A program made the position numbers and the translations under genes. Under the pieces are notes generated by a model. It made no database searches. It was not told where the DNA came from and worked only from the letters and a program-made list of their open reading frames with translations. Below are positions 40,726-50,661 of a stretch of DNA of 64,000 nucleotides, in pieces. Location: contig PLYN01000040.1 of NCBI GenBank assembly GCA_003151815.1, forward strand, positions 5,859-69,858, read 5' to 3'. The DNA is from Bacteroidota bacterium (GTDB lineage Bacteria; Bacteroidota; Bacteroidia; 2-12-FULL-35-15). The first letter of the stretch is position 1. The number at the start of each line of letters is the position of its first letter.

Positions 40726-43700
40726 TCACGGTGATAGATCTTTAATTTTAAATTGGAAGTAGTAATCTTTTGGTCGGGCTAAAAATCTTGGATTATCTTC
40801 AAAACTTTCTCCTTTATCAAAGGAAAATAAATCTTTTATAATATAGATGTTTTCATCTTGTACCAAAGCCATTTCGTATTTGTCAGGTTCAGACAATCCT
40901 TTATCTTTTTCAGAATTAGAAATAATAAAGTAATCGTCAGATATAGCTTTAACTTCCAAATATTTCCAATCGCCTTTATCGTTTTTATATTCAATGTCAT
41001 AATGCAGCTTATCGTTTTTATCAGGTGTTGTGGAGTTTCCTGATACCCACTTCACATGATCAACTCCATGTTGTTTGACAAGCGTATTGTAAACTAATAC
41101 CTCTGCATTTTTTCCTTTTCGTTTTTTCCCTTGTTCACCTTGTCCAGAATGAACCCAACTACCGCCACCGTTCGAACCTCCGCCAAATGAAATCAACTTT
41201 CCGTTTTTGCTCAATGATGCGTCAATTATTTTACCAGTTACTTTTGCATTATCTCCACTATTATTTGAATCGGTCTCATTGTCGGTTGCGAAATTGATTT
41301 TTAAATACTCCTCAACTAATTCCGAATTGCCTTTAAAAAACATAATACTACGAACAGCTTGGTCTGTAATGTCTGTTTCTTCAATGCCGTATTTTTTCAA
41401 AAGGTCGGTGTAGTAATTCTTTATCTCTGTATTGTCAGAAAGGGAATCGTCAATAGTGATTTGAAAATATTTTTTTATTAATCCCTTTAACTCTTTTAAA
41501 TATTCAACATTCAACTCAAATTGCATAGAAATAATTTTGTCTTCAATTAAAAAAATGAATTCAAGATTGTATTTGTTAAGTGTTGAAATAAATTTTGCTT
41601 GTTCGCCTTGCTCTGCATTTAATTTTTTCCAAAGCGATTGCTTAAATTTATTCTCAATATCTTTTAGTGTTTCTTTAAATCTTTCTTGATGCCAATTAAA
41701 TAATCCCTGTGGTAAAATCTTTTTTACACCAAGCGAAAGTTTAGTGGATATAATTTGGATGAGTTCAAAACTTGTTTTGTTTTTGAAATTTTCAAAATCA
41801 ACATGCTTATAATCTTCAGATAGTTCTATTCCTAAAACTTTCAAAATATTTTGTTTTAGCTTTTTTGTGTTTTCAATTGGTTCGTGGAGTTGTTTTCCTT
41901 TCAGGGCAAAAATTGTTTTCCAAAAGTCAATTTCAATTCTTGAAATTCCAAGCAATTGAAATGCTTGTTCAACTTTTTCTTTACCGAAATCTTGTGTAGC
42001 TAAATGATGAGTATCTTGAAAATCATTTTTAAAAATTTGTCTGAAATCATTTTTCAAATCGTTCACCTTAAAAACAATACACATCATTTCTGCGAAAGCA
42101 TCACAGAAGATTGAATCTTTTCTTAATTCGCTAAGTGAAGTTAAGTTATTGTCCCTGTAATAAAATTCGTCTTTCACATTGATAAACTCTTTTTCTTCAA
42201 CTGGAATTTTTTCGTTGTCGCCAAATTTGAAATAGCATTCGTTTACGATATGAATTCTACATTGCCTTAAAGTTTTTGCCTCTTTCCCTTTTGTATCGGT
42301 ATCTGTTATTTTTTTTTTAAGGTTTGGTGCATCTAATCTGTATGCTAAAATGTATGGCTTTATTTGGTCAAATAGTTTATTGAGTTCTGCATCGCATGGG
42401 CTATGCTTAATAGTGCTTTCGTCAATTTCAATTTTAAATTCTCGTAAACTTTTTACGCCAAAATATTTCTCTACATTATCTTCCCCAACTCTTTTGGGAA
42501 GGTTTAGTATGTGTAAAGTATCAAGAATTTTTCGTGGTAGAATATTGTTGTCGGTGTAGTAAATACTATCACTCTTTTTATATTCTTCAACTGCCCCTTT
42601 TTTAGAAAAAAAAATCAAATCATCAGGAACAGGAAATTCTGATTCCTGCTTTACCAAACTTTCTAATGCCATTTTGTAAATACTCTGTGTCGCCTTTCCT
42701 TTCTTGGTTGCATCTCTTTCAGGAATGGCATTAATAATTTCATAAATATTTTCAGGTGAAATTTCATTGAAAGATTCTTTAGCACCTAATTTAATCAGAA
42801 TGGATTTTACTTCTGTTTTATTAATTCCGTATTGATTTAGAAACTCATAATCAATTTCAAAATTTTCATTGATAAGTTTGTTTAGTTCTTCTCCACCTTC
42901 TTCCATTACATACTTTGTGAAAATATCAGAAGAAATAAATTGATAGCGTATGTATGAATATTCAGGGAATATTGTTGGTCGCCACCTTGTAAAATACCAA
43001 TCAATCTTTTCACTATTGGATTCCAATCTTAATCTAATCTGCTCATCTTTTAGAGTAAGAAGTATTAAATGAGTTATTGGAATTTTTAGTAGTTGTTCAA
43101 AGTTCATAATTTTTGAAAAGAAAATATTCTTTGCGAATGTTCCTCTATCAAAATCATCGGGCTTATCTAATCCAGTAGCAAAAATGAAATTGAAATAATT
43201 TTGCTCTGACCAGTTGCTTACCACATTAACTAATTCAATTTTGGAAAATTTATTTACACCCAACCATATAAAAAAAGTTTCTACAAGAGTTTGTTCTTCG
43301 TCTTCCAAACTCCAAAAATCAACTGATGCTAAATATTCGTTTGCTTTTATCGTATTACTATAAATGGCTTCTGTTAATAGTCCGCTTGGATATGTTTTGC
43401 TTAAAAACAAATCCTCCGAATCAATAATTTGTTTGGTTTTTGAAACTAATGGAACTGTAATTTTTAATTTCTCTTGTCTGTTCTCTATGTGCTTAAAATT
43501 AGCATATAACGCAATTATCATTTCTCTGATGCAAACGAGTTTCTCTTTATTGTTGCGAAAGGACTTTAAAGCGTCTTTAGTACCAGTAATAATTTTGTCA
43601 ATTACATTGTTGCTGTCGTATGGTTGTAAATTGACAACGGATTTTATTGCTCGTTGAAGTTCTCTTGATTTTGGTTCTTTTTTATCAAACGAACTTTCAA

Positions 43701-45294
43701 AGTTTGAGATAAGCAAATCAAACAATGCTGATTTCATAAAATCAACTTTCACCGATTTCGGAATACTAAATTTTTCATCTGACCTTATAACCGGAGTAAA
43801 AGCTAAGTCATCTTTGGGTATAACCTTATCCGATTCGTTGACAAGCAATGAAAAACGCAAAGCATCGTCAGTAAATGAAATGACTTTTGAAAGTTGAATT
43901 ATTAATGTAGCACGATTGGGAATTGAAATATCTGTTAGTGATAGCTCGTCAATTTTTTGAACTAAGTATTCCGAATTGAATTTATCGTTTGCAAATTTCC
44001 CTTTTAGTACTTCTCCTAATGGTAAAATTAGCCCAGGTAATGTTGTGGGAAAATTTTCTTGAAAAAACGAATTGAATTCATCGCTGTAATAAACTGCTTC
44101 ACTCAATGCTTGATATTGGTTACTAATGCAGGGGTAAATAGTTGCTTCCTTTTTTACTGTTTCCAAATCATTATAGAATGCCTCAATTAATTTTGAATCA
44201 GAAGTTCTTTGCGTAGGAGTTAGTAATTTATATGGTCTCCAGTCTATTTTTTCGGTAGTGAGAAACAAAGCACAATCTTTTAATAACTTAACCAATTGTT
44301 TCAGGATGTATTCATTCTTTTTGGAAGCGTTCAAGTGATTTCTTGAACTGTTTAATTCAAATGTGCCGTGAATGATACAAGGCAGTGAAATTGATAATTG
44401 AGTAGGAAAATAATTGAATAGTTTCTTATAATCGTCTGATAAATTATCACGAAGGGCAACCTTTAAATTGAAGGACTGTTTTTCGTTTTGGTTTTTATCC
44501 TGATACTCATCAGGCAATATATTATCTCTTGAAAAAACCTTCCACGACTTGTCTTTTATTTTTACGGATTCGTAATCACTCTTTGGCTTTTTAATGCTTG
44601 CTAATTCTATGTTTTCATTTTCGGCAGTATGAATTGTTATTTTTTGAATGTTGTTTAGGAATAAAAGAATTTCTTCTTTGATTTCTGCAAGTTGGTTTTC
44701 AATATCAGTTTCAAATTCCTGTTTGCAAAAAATCTCAATACTGGTTGTCCATTTCGTTTTTGTATCATCGTCTTGAACACTTGGAATAGCTAATGTTGGA
44801 AAAGGCAGAGCTTCTTTTGTTAGGTTTCTTTCCTCTCTAATTTTTTCCTTGTCGCTTTGCGACAAGTTTAATTTATTATTGAAAACATCTTTCGCAATAG
44901 CATCAGAGAAAGATAGTTTACAACCATTGGTGCAAATGTTTATGAGTGTTGCCCAGTTGAGAATTGACCTAAAGCCCAGTCCTTTATTTCCAATATAACT
45001 TACTTTAGTTTTTGTGCTGAGATTGGCAAGCATCAATGACTTTATTCCCCCAACTGAAAATGCTTCACCTTTATTTGAAATGATTAGTTGAGAAGTGGTT
45101 TTGTTCCAACTTATTTCAACTTCTTTAGAACCTGCATCATCTGCATTTTGCAGAAGTTCTAATAACTGCCTGCCGTTATATTCTTTTGTAAGTTCTACCT
45201 CCCTGTTATAATCAGATAAAAACCTATCGGGGTTATCACAATAGGTTTTAAGGTTACTATCAATCAACTTTGCTATTTCCTTTTTAAAATTCAT
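40726..45294 (-). CDS. 1522-aa GHKL (sacsin/NO VEIN-type) ATPase with a C-terminal DUF3883-like PD-(D/E)xK nuclease domain
   Basis: N-box ELLQNADDA (aa 46-54) and G-box GNKGLGFRS (aa 102-110). Gly-rich linker GGGSNGGGS. C-terminal GKNAEVLV...HYD(1433)IEY...LE(1447)VK(1449)...SNSEKD. Confidence 0.7.
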   Translation of the reverse strand: MNFKKEIAKLIDSNLKTYCDNPDRFLSDYNREVELTKEYNGRQLLELLQNADDAGSKEVEISWNKTTSQLIISNKGEAFSVGGIKSLMLANLSTKTKVSYIGNKGLGFRSILNWATLINICTNGCKLSFSDAIAKDVFNNKLNLSQSDKEKIREERNLTKEALPFPTLAIPSVQDDDTKTKWTTSIEIFCKQEFETDIENQLAEIKEEILLFLNNIQKITIHTAENENIELASIKKPKSDYESVKIKDKSWKVFSRDNILPDEYQDKNQNEKQSFNLKVALRDNLSDDYKKLFNYFPTQLSISLPCIIHGTFELNSSRNHLNASKKNEYILKQLVKLLKDCALFLTTEKIDWRPYKLLTPTQRTSDSKLIEAFYNDLETVKKEATIYPCISNQYQALSEAVYYSDEFNSFFQENFPTTLPGLILPLGEVLKGKFANDKFNSEYLVQKIDELSLTDISIPNRATLIIQLSKVISFTDDALRFSLLVNESDKVIPKDDLAFTPVIRSDEKFSIPKSVKVDFMKSALFDLLISNFESSFDKKEPKSRELQRAIKSVVNLQPYDSNNVIDKIITGTKDALKSFRNNKEKLVCIREMIIALYANFKHIENRQEKLKITVPLVSKTKQIIDSEDLFLSKTYPSGLLTEAIYSNTIKANEYLASVDFWSLEDEEQTLVETFFIWLGVNKFSKIELVNVVSNWSEQNYFNFIFATGLDKPDDFDRGTFAKNIFFSKIMNFEQLLKIPITHLILLTLKDEQIRLRLESNSEKIDWYFTRWRPTIFPEYSYIRYQFISSDIFTKYVMEEGGEELNKLINENFEIDYEFLNQYGINKTEVKSILIKLGAKESFNEISPENIYEIINAIPERDATKKGKATQSIYKMALESLVKQESEFPVPDDLIFFSKKGAVEEYKKSDSIYYTDNNILPRKILDTLHILNLPKRVGEDNVEKYFGVKSLREFKIEIDESTIKHSPCDAELNKLFDQIKPYILAYRLDAPNLKKKITDTDTKGKEAKTLRQCRIHIVNECYFKFGDNEKIPVEEKEFINVKDEFYYRDNNLTSLSELRKDSIFCDAFAEMMCIVFKVNDLKNDFRQIFKNDFQDTHHLATQDFGKEKVEQAFQLLGISRIEIDFWKTIFALKGKQLHEPIENTKKLKQNILKVLGIELSEDYKHVDFENFKNKTSFELIQIISTKLSLGVKKILPQGLFNWHQERFKETLKDIENKFKQSLWKKLNAEQGEQAKFISTLNKYNLEFIFLIEDKIISMQFELNVEYLKELKGLIKKYFQITIDDSLSDNTEIKNYYTDLLKKYGIEETDITDQAVRSIMFFKGNSELVEEYLKINFATDNETDSNNSGDNAKVTGKIIDASLSKNGKLISFGGGSNGGGSWVHSGQGEQGKKRKGKNAEVLVYNTLVKQHGVDHVKWVSGNSTTPDKNDKLHYDIEYKNDKGDWKYLEVKAISDDYFIISNSEKDKGLSEPDKYEMALVQDENIYIIKDLFSFDKGESFEDNPRFLARPKDYYFQFKIKDLSP

Positions 45295-45333
45295 TCCACG
45301 TTGGCTTCTTTTGGTTATTTTTTCATTTGAATT

Positions 45334-45570
45334 TTAAATTTCACGGAGCCAAGGCAATTTCTTAAGTTGGTATTTTCCAAATTCCTTTAAATAATTATTT
45401 GCCCATTCTATCCCACTATCTATTTGGTTTTCCAAATTAGCATTTTTGTATTCAAATTTTTTTATGTTTGTTAGGTGATGGTATAAATCATCAAACATCC
45501 AAGTCGCTCCTTTACCTTCTTTTTGCATGTTCCGCACCGCCTCTAAATAAAACTCCGTGTGGTAAAACAA
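45334..45570 (-). CDS. 78-aa ORF overlapping the end of the truncated hsdM in another frame; doubtful gene
   Basis: Non-ATG start; no HsdM C-terminal motifs (no LP.nlF-type strand). Confidence 0.2.
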   Translation of the reverse strand: MFYHTEFYLEAVRNMQKEGKGATWMFDDLYHHLTNIKKFEYKNANLENQIDSGIEWANNYLKEFGKYQLKKLPWLREI

Positions 45571-46639
45571 TTGCCATAGTTCCGTTCTCCGCCAAATGAT
45601 GTATCATGTGTTGCACAAAAGCAAAATCAGCTTTGCTGCTTGGTGCAAGTTTACCATATTGGCTAAAGCGGTCATCACTTGTAAACAAAGGGTTGGCACT
45701 CCACTGTGCGGAGAATGGGGGATTGGCTACAATGGCTTCAAAAGTTTTGTTTAAATGCTGTGGGTGTTCAAGTGTGTCCTCTTGTTTAATATCAAACTTG
45801 CGATAATGCACACCGTGCAAAATCATATTCATTCGTGCAAGGTTGTATGTAGTCCTATTCATTTCCTGTCCGTAAAAGTTGCTTACTTCTTTTACTTCCT
45901 TAGCCACACGGAGCAATAAAGAACCTGAACCACAAGTGGGGTCGTAAACAGATTTTAATTTGCTCTTTCCTGTGGTTACAATTTTTGCCAACACTTTACT
46001 TACCTCTTGCGGTGTATAAAATTCTCCCGCAACCTTTCCCGCCCCACTTGCAAACTTTCCGATTAGATATTCATAAGCATCACCCAATACATCCAATTCA
46101 GTTTGCTCCAATTTAAAATCAATTTTATCAAGGTGTGATAGCACTTTTGCAATAATTTCATTTCTCGCTTCGGGTGTTTTTCCCAGTTTCGTACTGTTCA
46201 AATCCATATCCTCAAAAAGATTGTCGAAATCTTCTTCGCTATCAGTTCCCATTGTACTGAGTTGGATATTAGTCAGAATTTTTTGTAAGTCTTCAATAAT
46301 GAAATTATTTACTTCTTCAATATCACTATTGCCACGTTTAGCAACTTCACTAAACAGTTCGGACGGTTTTAAAAAGTACCCTAATTTTTCTAATGCTTCT
46401 TCTTTGATTGCTTCAATGTATTCTTTGCCTTGCTTGGTATTTTCTTTAATGGATTTGTAAGTGATTTTATCAGTTTTCAAAATGGTATTTGCATAAATCT
46501 CCATTTTTTCTGCAAGGTATTTATAGAAAATAAAGCCCAAAATATAATCACGGAATTCGTCCGCATTCATTTTACCTCTTAGCGTATTGGCTATATTCCA
46601 AAGCTGTTGTTCAAGTTGTTTTTTTTGGTCTTCTGACAT
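45512..46639 (-). pseudogene. hsdM: C-terminally truncated type I R-M methylase subunit (HsdM-like), orphan
   Basis: HsdM_N-type N-terminus (LWNIANTLRGKMNADEFRDYILGFIFYKYL); motif I VYDPTCGSGS (aa 231-240); motif IV NPPF (306-309). Ends 5 aa after LPHGVLFRGGAE. No hsdS or hsdR nearby. Confidence 0.65.
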
Positions 46640-46684
46640 CTATTTTGTGTATTATTTGGTAATATAATATGTGTTAGATGCTGT

Positions 46685-49600
46685 TTAATGCACCAATATT
46701 TCTGAAATTCTTTTCCATTCCTGACCGGAAAGCTTTGAATTCTTTGGGGCAAGATTATCCCAATCTTGGTTAGTCAAAGATTTAATTGTACTACGGATTT
46801 CTTTAAGGGAAGTAGGTTTACTTTGGTCTATTATAGGTGTTAATGTGAATGCTAATCGCCTTGGAATACCTGCCATTCTCATTAATAAAGCATCTTTATT
46901 ATCAACTCCAAAATAAACCAAAGATGGAACAAATGAATTTTCTTTAATGTCAAATTCACTTCCATTAACAATGCCTTCTAATGCACTTAACCCCCAAGAT
47001 GCTTTAAATCTTGAATCGTTAATGTATTTGATAAATTTATTTATTCTATCAGATTCGCTTGCAATATTTGCAAAGGTTTGATGATATGAAGAAATATTAA
47101 ATAAGTTCTCCCCTTTAACCCAACCAATTAAAACATTTGCAACTGATTCAGGGCTGAATTGCGCACTTCTGTTTTCAGTACCTAATTTCGTTTCTCTTAG
47201 CTGTGCAATTACTCTTATTTTTTCAGTGAGGTAATCATTATTGAAGTTAAATAAATTACTCGGCTCCCAACTTTCTGGTGATGAAATTTTAGGATTGCTT
47301 GAGTTTTCAGCCATAATTGCTAATACAGAGGGAACAGAGAACCCTGTTTTATCTGCATAAACCAAAACCCCCTTTTTATATTTATTTTGAAGATGTACAA
47401 AAATTGCTTTACAAACTTCAATAAATTTTTTACGTTTATCATTATCGGTTATTTGAAAATAACCTAAACTATCTTTAAATAAATCTTCTATTTGAAGAAC
47501 TGAACTTTCATTCGTACTGTTCAATAAATGGATTAAATATTGAATGAGTGGAGCTAAAGAATTATGATATTTTTCTGACAAAACATTAATTGCACTTCTT
47601 TCGGAGTTAGCAATTATATATAATATGTCATCAGCTTCATTTAAAAACTCCAATAATACACTTACAATATCAGTTGTGCTTTTTGTAATTATTTCTTTGG
47701 CTTTATTTGCATTTTCAGTAGAATTAAACGGAAATATTAACTTACCATAATTATCTACTAATGTTCTCCCTGCTCGCCCTGCAATATTCCAAAAATCACT
47801 TGAGCTTAACTCACCTCCCTGCCCTTTTTGATAGGAATCAAAGTAAACTGCCGAAACAGGAAAATTAACCCCTTCAGCTAAAGTGCTTGTAGAGAAAATA
47901 TATTTAATTTCTTTTTGGCGAATAAGGTGTTCAATTAACAACTTTGTTTCATCAGATAAACCTGCGTGATGAACTGCAATTCTTTTCGATAATACATCTG
48001 ATAAAATAGTAGGTCGTCCAACTTCATCTTCAATGTATTTTTTAACAAGAGATATACTCTCAGATACATTATTTTCAGTTAATTTTGATGCTATATACTG
48101 TGCTTGAGTATCTGTTGTTCCAGCACCTTTGCAAAGGAATAGGATAGATTTATTATCCTGTGTAAAATGCTTGGCACTAAATTCCATCAAATTCTGTTTG
48201 TCCGTACCTGTTAAATCATAAGGATTATTCATTATCGGCAACTCCCTTTCTATTACTTCAGGGTCAAAAACAGAAGGAAGATGCGTAAACGATATTTGTT
48301 TAAACTTGTTTTTTTGTTTAATCCCAATTAATAACTTCTCGGCAGGTTTCCAATCTATTTGAATTGGAACTTTAATTTTATTTCCACCAATCCAGTTGGC
48401 TAATAATTCTCCTGAATTTTTTAAAAATGGAGAAAGGAACATAAACTTTGATTCAGGTCTTTCCCTTTTTAATATTGACAATAGTAATTCCAATCTTGCA
48501 CCACGACTTCCGTTCTGAATGGAGTGAGCTTCATCAATTATGAAAAGGGATACATCTTCAACCGATTTATGTTTTCTACGAATTAACAAATCAATTTTTT
48601 CAGGGGTTGAAACAAGTATATCAATTTTATCGCTTAATATTTCATTTTCTGATGGGTCAACCTCAATTGCTCCCGATGTTTTTTCGATTGCGAAATCTAA
48701 TCCTTCAAAATCAGTTTTGAGGTCATTATATATTTGATTAACTAATGCACGAGATGGAACAATATAAATAACCTTAGATTCATTATTTAGCGCCTTTGTT
48801 ACAATGATGTTAAACTCAGCCAATAATGTTTTACCTGCACTTGTTGGCATTTGTACAACCGTTACATTAGACGCAATATCTAATAGGTTTTTATTAAGTG
48901 CCTCCCTTTGTGATGGTAATAACTCTATGATTCCATTTTCAATTTGATTTTTCTTGACACAAAACTCTTTGAGTTTTTTTATTTGAATAGAATTCGTAGA
49001 ATACCAAATTGAATTTCGTTCAATTGTAAGCAGATTTGATTCTAAAATATTTATTATCGAAGAAAATCTTGGTAACGCTTTAAAAATTTCACGAGCAACG
49101 CTTGTGTGAATTCTAATTTCGCTATCTAATCTGTTTTTATAATTGTATCCTTCAATTAAAAATTCGGATGTTTCAGTTATTGGTTTTGTTAAATGATATA
49201 ACCCAAGCAAGTATTGAGCTTGTTCGATAACCTCAATTTCATTATTTAATTTACTTAAATATTTCTCTTCAAATTCCTTTTGTTCACTTTTTAATTTAGA
49301 TATAATTTCTAAACCAGTTTTAATATCTGTATATCCTTTATCTTTTCTAACTAATAAAATGAACGCTTGAAATAAATTATTTAAAACACGTTCTTCCCAA
49401 TCATTTCTTGAATAATCCTTTACATCGAACTCCCTTAAATCAAGCCTAATTTTAATTGTTTTATCTGAAAGTAGAGCCAAAGAGGATAAAAAGAAATAAT
49501 ATAACAACTCGTCATCTAACTTTTGAATTCCAAAAACAGAGTTGAATGTTTTTTTAAAGTCATTGCTTTTTATATCGTATGATTTCAATAAGGTATAAGC

Positions 49601-49807
49601 AGTTTGAATATACTTTTTCTCTGCAATTGAATCTGAAAATATATGATTTAATAAAACGGAAGCTAATCGAAGATTTTTAATAACACTTTCTGGACTTTCC
49701 TCTATTTGACTAAATCCTAATTCTGATTCCAAATAAATATCCTCCCTATCATTAATACATTTAATGATTTCAGAGTCGTTTAAAATAATATCTATTAGGT
49801 CTGCCAT
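46685..49807 (-). CDS. hamB: Ski2-like DExH helicase (HamB-like)
   Basis: Walker A MPTSAGKT (aa 320-327); DEAH (425-428) followed by SRGARLE; motif VI-like GRAGR; ~300-aa N-terminal and ~400-aa C-terminal extensions. Confidence 0.6.
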   Translation of the reverse strand: MADLIDIILNDSEIIKCINDREDIYLESELGFSQIEESPESVIKNLRLASVLLNHIFSDSIAEKKYIQTAYTLLKSYDIKSNDFKKTFNSVFGIQKLDDELLYYFFLSSLALLSDKTIKIRLDLREFDVKDYSRNDWEERVLNNLFQAFILLVRKDKGYTDIKTGLEIISKLKSEQKEFEEKYLSKLNNEIEVIEQAQYLLGLYHLTKPITETSEFLIEGYNYKNRLDSEIRIHTSVAREIFKALPRFSSIINILESNLLTIERNSIWYSTNSIQIKKLKEFCVKKNQIENGIIELLPSQREALNKNLLDIASNVTVVQMPTSAGKTLLAEFNIIVTKALNNESKVIYIVPSRALVNQIYNDLKTDFEGLDFAIEKTSGAIEVDPSENEILSDKIDILVSTPEKIDLLIRRKHKSVEDVSLFIIDEAHSIQNGSRGARLELLLSILKRERPESKFMFLSPFLKNSGELLANWIGGNKIKVPIQIDWKPAEKLLIGIKQKNKFKQISFTHLPSVFDPEVIERELPIMNNPYDLTGTDKQNLMEFSAKHFTQDNKSILFLCKGAGTTDTQAQYIASKLTENNVSESISLVKKYIEDEVGRPTILSDVLSKRIAVHHAGLSDETKLLIEHLIRQKEIKYIFSTSTLAEGVNFPVSAVYFDSYQKGQGGELSSSDFWNIAGRAGRTLVDNYGKLIFPFNSTENANKAKEIITKSTTDIVSVLLEFLNEADDILYIIANSERSAINVLSEKYHNSLAPLIQYLIHLLNSTNESSVLQIEDLFKDSLGYFQITDNDKRKKFIEVCKAIFVHLQNKYKKGVLVYADKTGFSVPSVLAIMAENSSNPKISSPESWEPSNLFNFNNDYLTEKIRVIAQLRETKLGTENRSAQFSPESVANVLIGWVKGENLFNISSYHQTFANIASESDRINKFIKYINDSRFKASWGLSALEGIVNGSEFDIKENSFVPSLVYFGVDNKDALLMRMAGIPRRLAFTLTPIIDQSKPTSLKEIRSTIKSLTNQDWDNLAPKNSKLSGQEWKRISEILVH

Positions 49808-49809
49808 TC

Positions 49810-50643
49810 TTATTTAGAACATATCTCTTGAACCTTGTTGTAAAAAAGATCAACCGTATTTTCTATACTTTGATTAAAATTAACTATACAAAAACTTATT
49901 TGATGTGGGTCAAAATCTGTTTTTTGAGTAAAAAATTTCCCGTAATCATCATCAACTTTAACGCAATTTATATCTCGAATTAAGGCACAACCAAAAACTA
50001 AATCATATTTGTCATTCTTATCAAACTCTATTAAAAGCAATGCTATGCCAATTTTTGTAGCATCTTCGCCCGATAATTTACGAGTATAATCACTTAATTT
50101 ATTTAGTAACTCTTGCTTGTTGTTTTTAAATTTAAGTTGTGTTGTGTGCATTGAATCCTTAGTGTAATCAACTACATCGGGTGGATTTTTAACTTGATGA
50201 GACACTTTAGCTTCGCCAATAAGTAGCTCAATTTTATCATTAATTAATCTATATCCAACTGCATCAATTCCTCTTCCCGGTAGCTGCGCTAATTCTCGAT
50301 TGGTAATATTTTTGTAGGGAATTTTAAACCTTTCTTTTTCGGGAAGTTTCTTTTCAAAAAAAGAAGTCAGAAGCATTTCGCCTAAATCACTTCTGTATAT
50401 ATCATTAATTACAGCAGGTGTTTTACCCGCATCTCTATTAATATCTTTTGCAACCGAATTTCGTGTAATAATTTTTTCTAATTGTTCTCCATTAAATCCG
50501 TGTGATTGAAACAATAAAGATTTCTCAATTGAATTGTAATCGAATTTGGTTTCCGAACGCTGTTTTATATATAAATTAGAAATACGTTCTATGTATTCGT
50601 CATTTACAGTTACGTCTAATTTTTGAAAATTGTGCTTTGACAT
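49810..50643 (-). CDS. hamA: DUF1837-like PD-(D/E)xK nuclease (HamA-like)
   Basis: 277 aa. GID(127)AVGY...LLIGE(144)AK(146)VS nuclease triad. Sits 2 nt upstream of the helicase gene, the Hachiman gene order. Confidence 0.55.
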   Translation of the reverse strand: MSKHNFQKLDVTVNDEYIERISNLYIKQRSETKFDYNSIEKSLLFQSHGFNGEQLEKIITRNSVAKDINRDAGKTPAVINDIYRSDLGEMLLTSFFEKKLPEKERFKIPYKNITNRELAQLPGRGIDAVGYRLINDKIELLIGEAKVSHQVKNPPDVVDYTKDSMHTTQLKFKNNKQELLNKLSDYTRKLSGEDATKIGIALLLIEFDKNDKYDLVFGCALIRDINCVKVDDDYGKFFTQKTDFDPHQISFCIVNFNQSIENTVDLFYNKVQEICSK

Positions 50644-50661
50644 TGATGTAATACTATAAAT

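Noticed and set aside
45512-45570. A simple frameshift or sequencing error at the A5 run that would restore a full-length HsdM.
   Set aside because: The alternative frame (45334-45570) encodes about 60 residues with none of the expected HsdM C-terminal strands, and the total length would still be far short. This is a truncation, not a single-base frameshift.
46685-49807. The 1040-aa helicase next to hsdM might be the type I restriction subunit HsdR.
   Set aside because: Its motifs (MPTSAGKT; DEAH followed by SRGARLE) are Ski2/Hel308-like, not the HsdR DEAHR type. There is no N-terminal PD-(D/E)xK motif, and it is tightly coupled to an upstream DUF1837-like gene, which fits HamB better.
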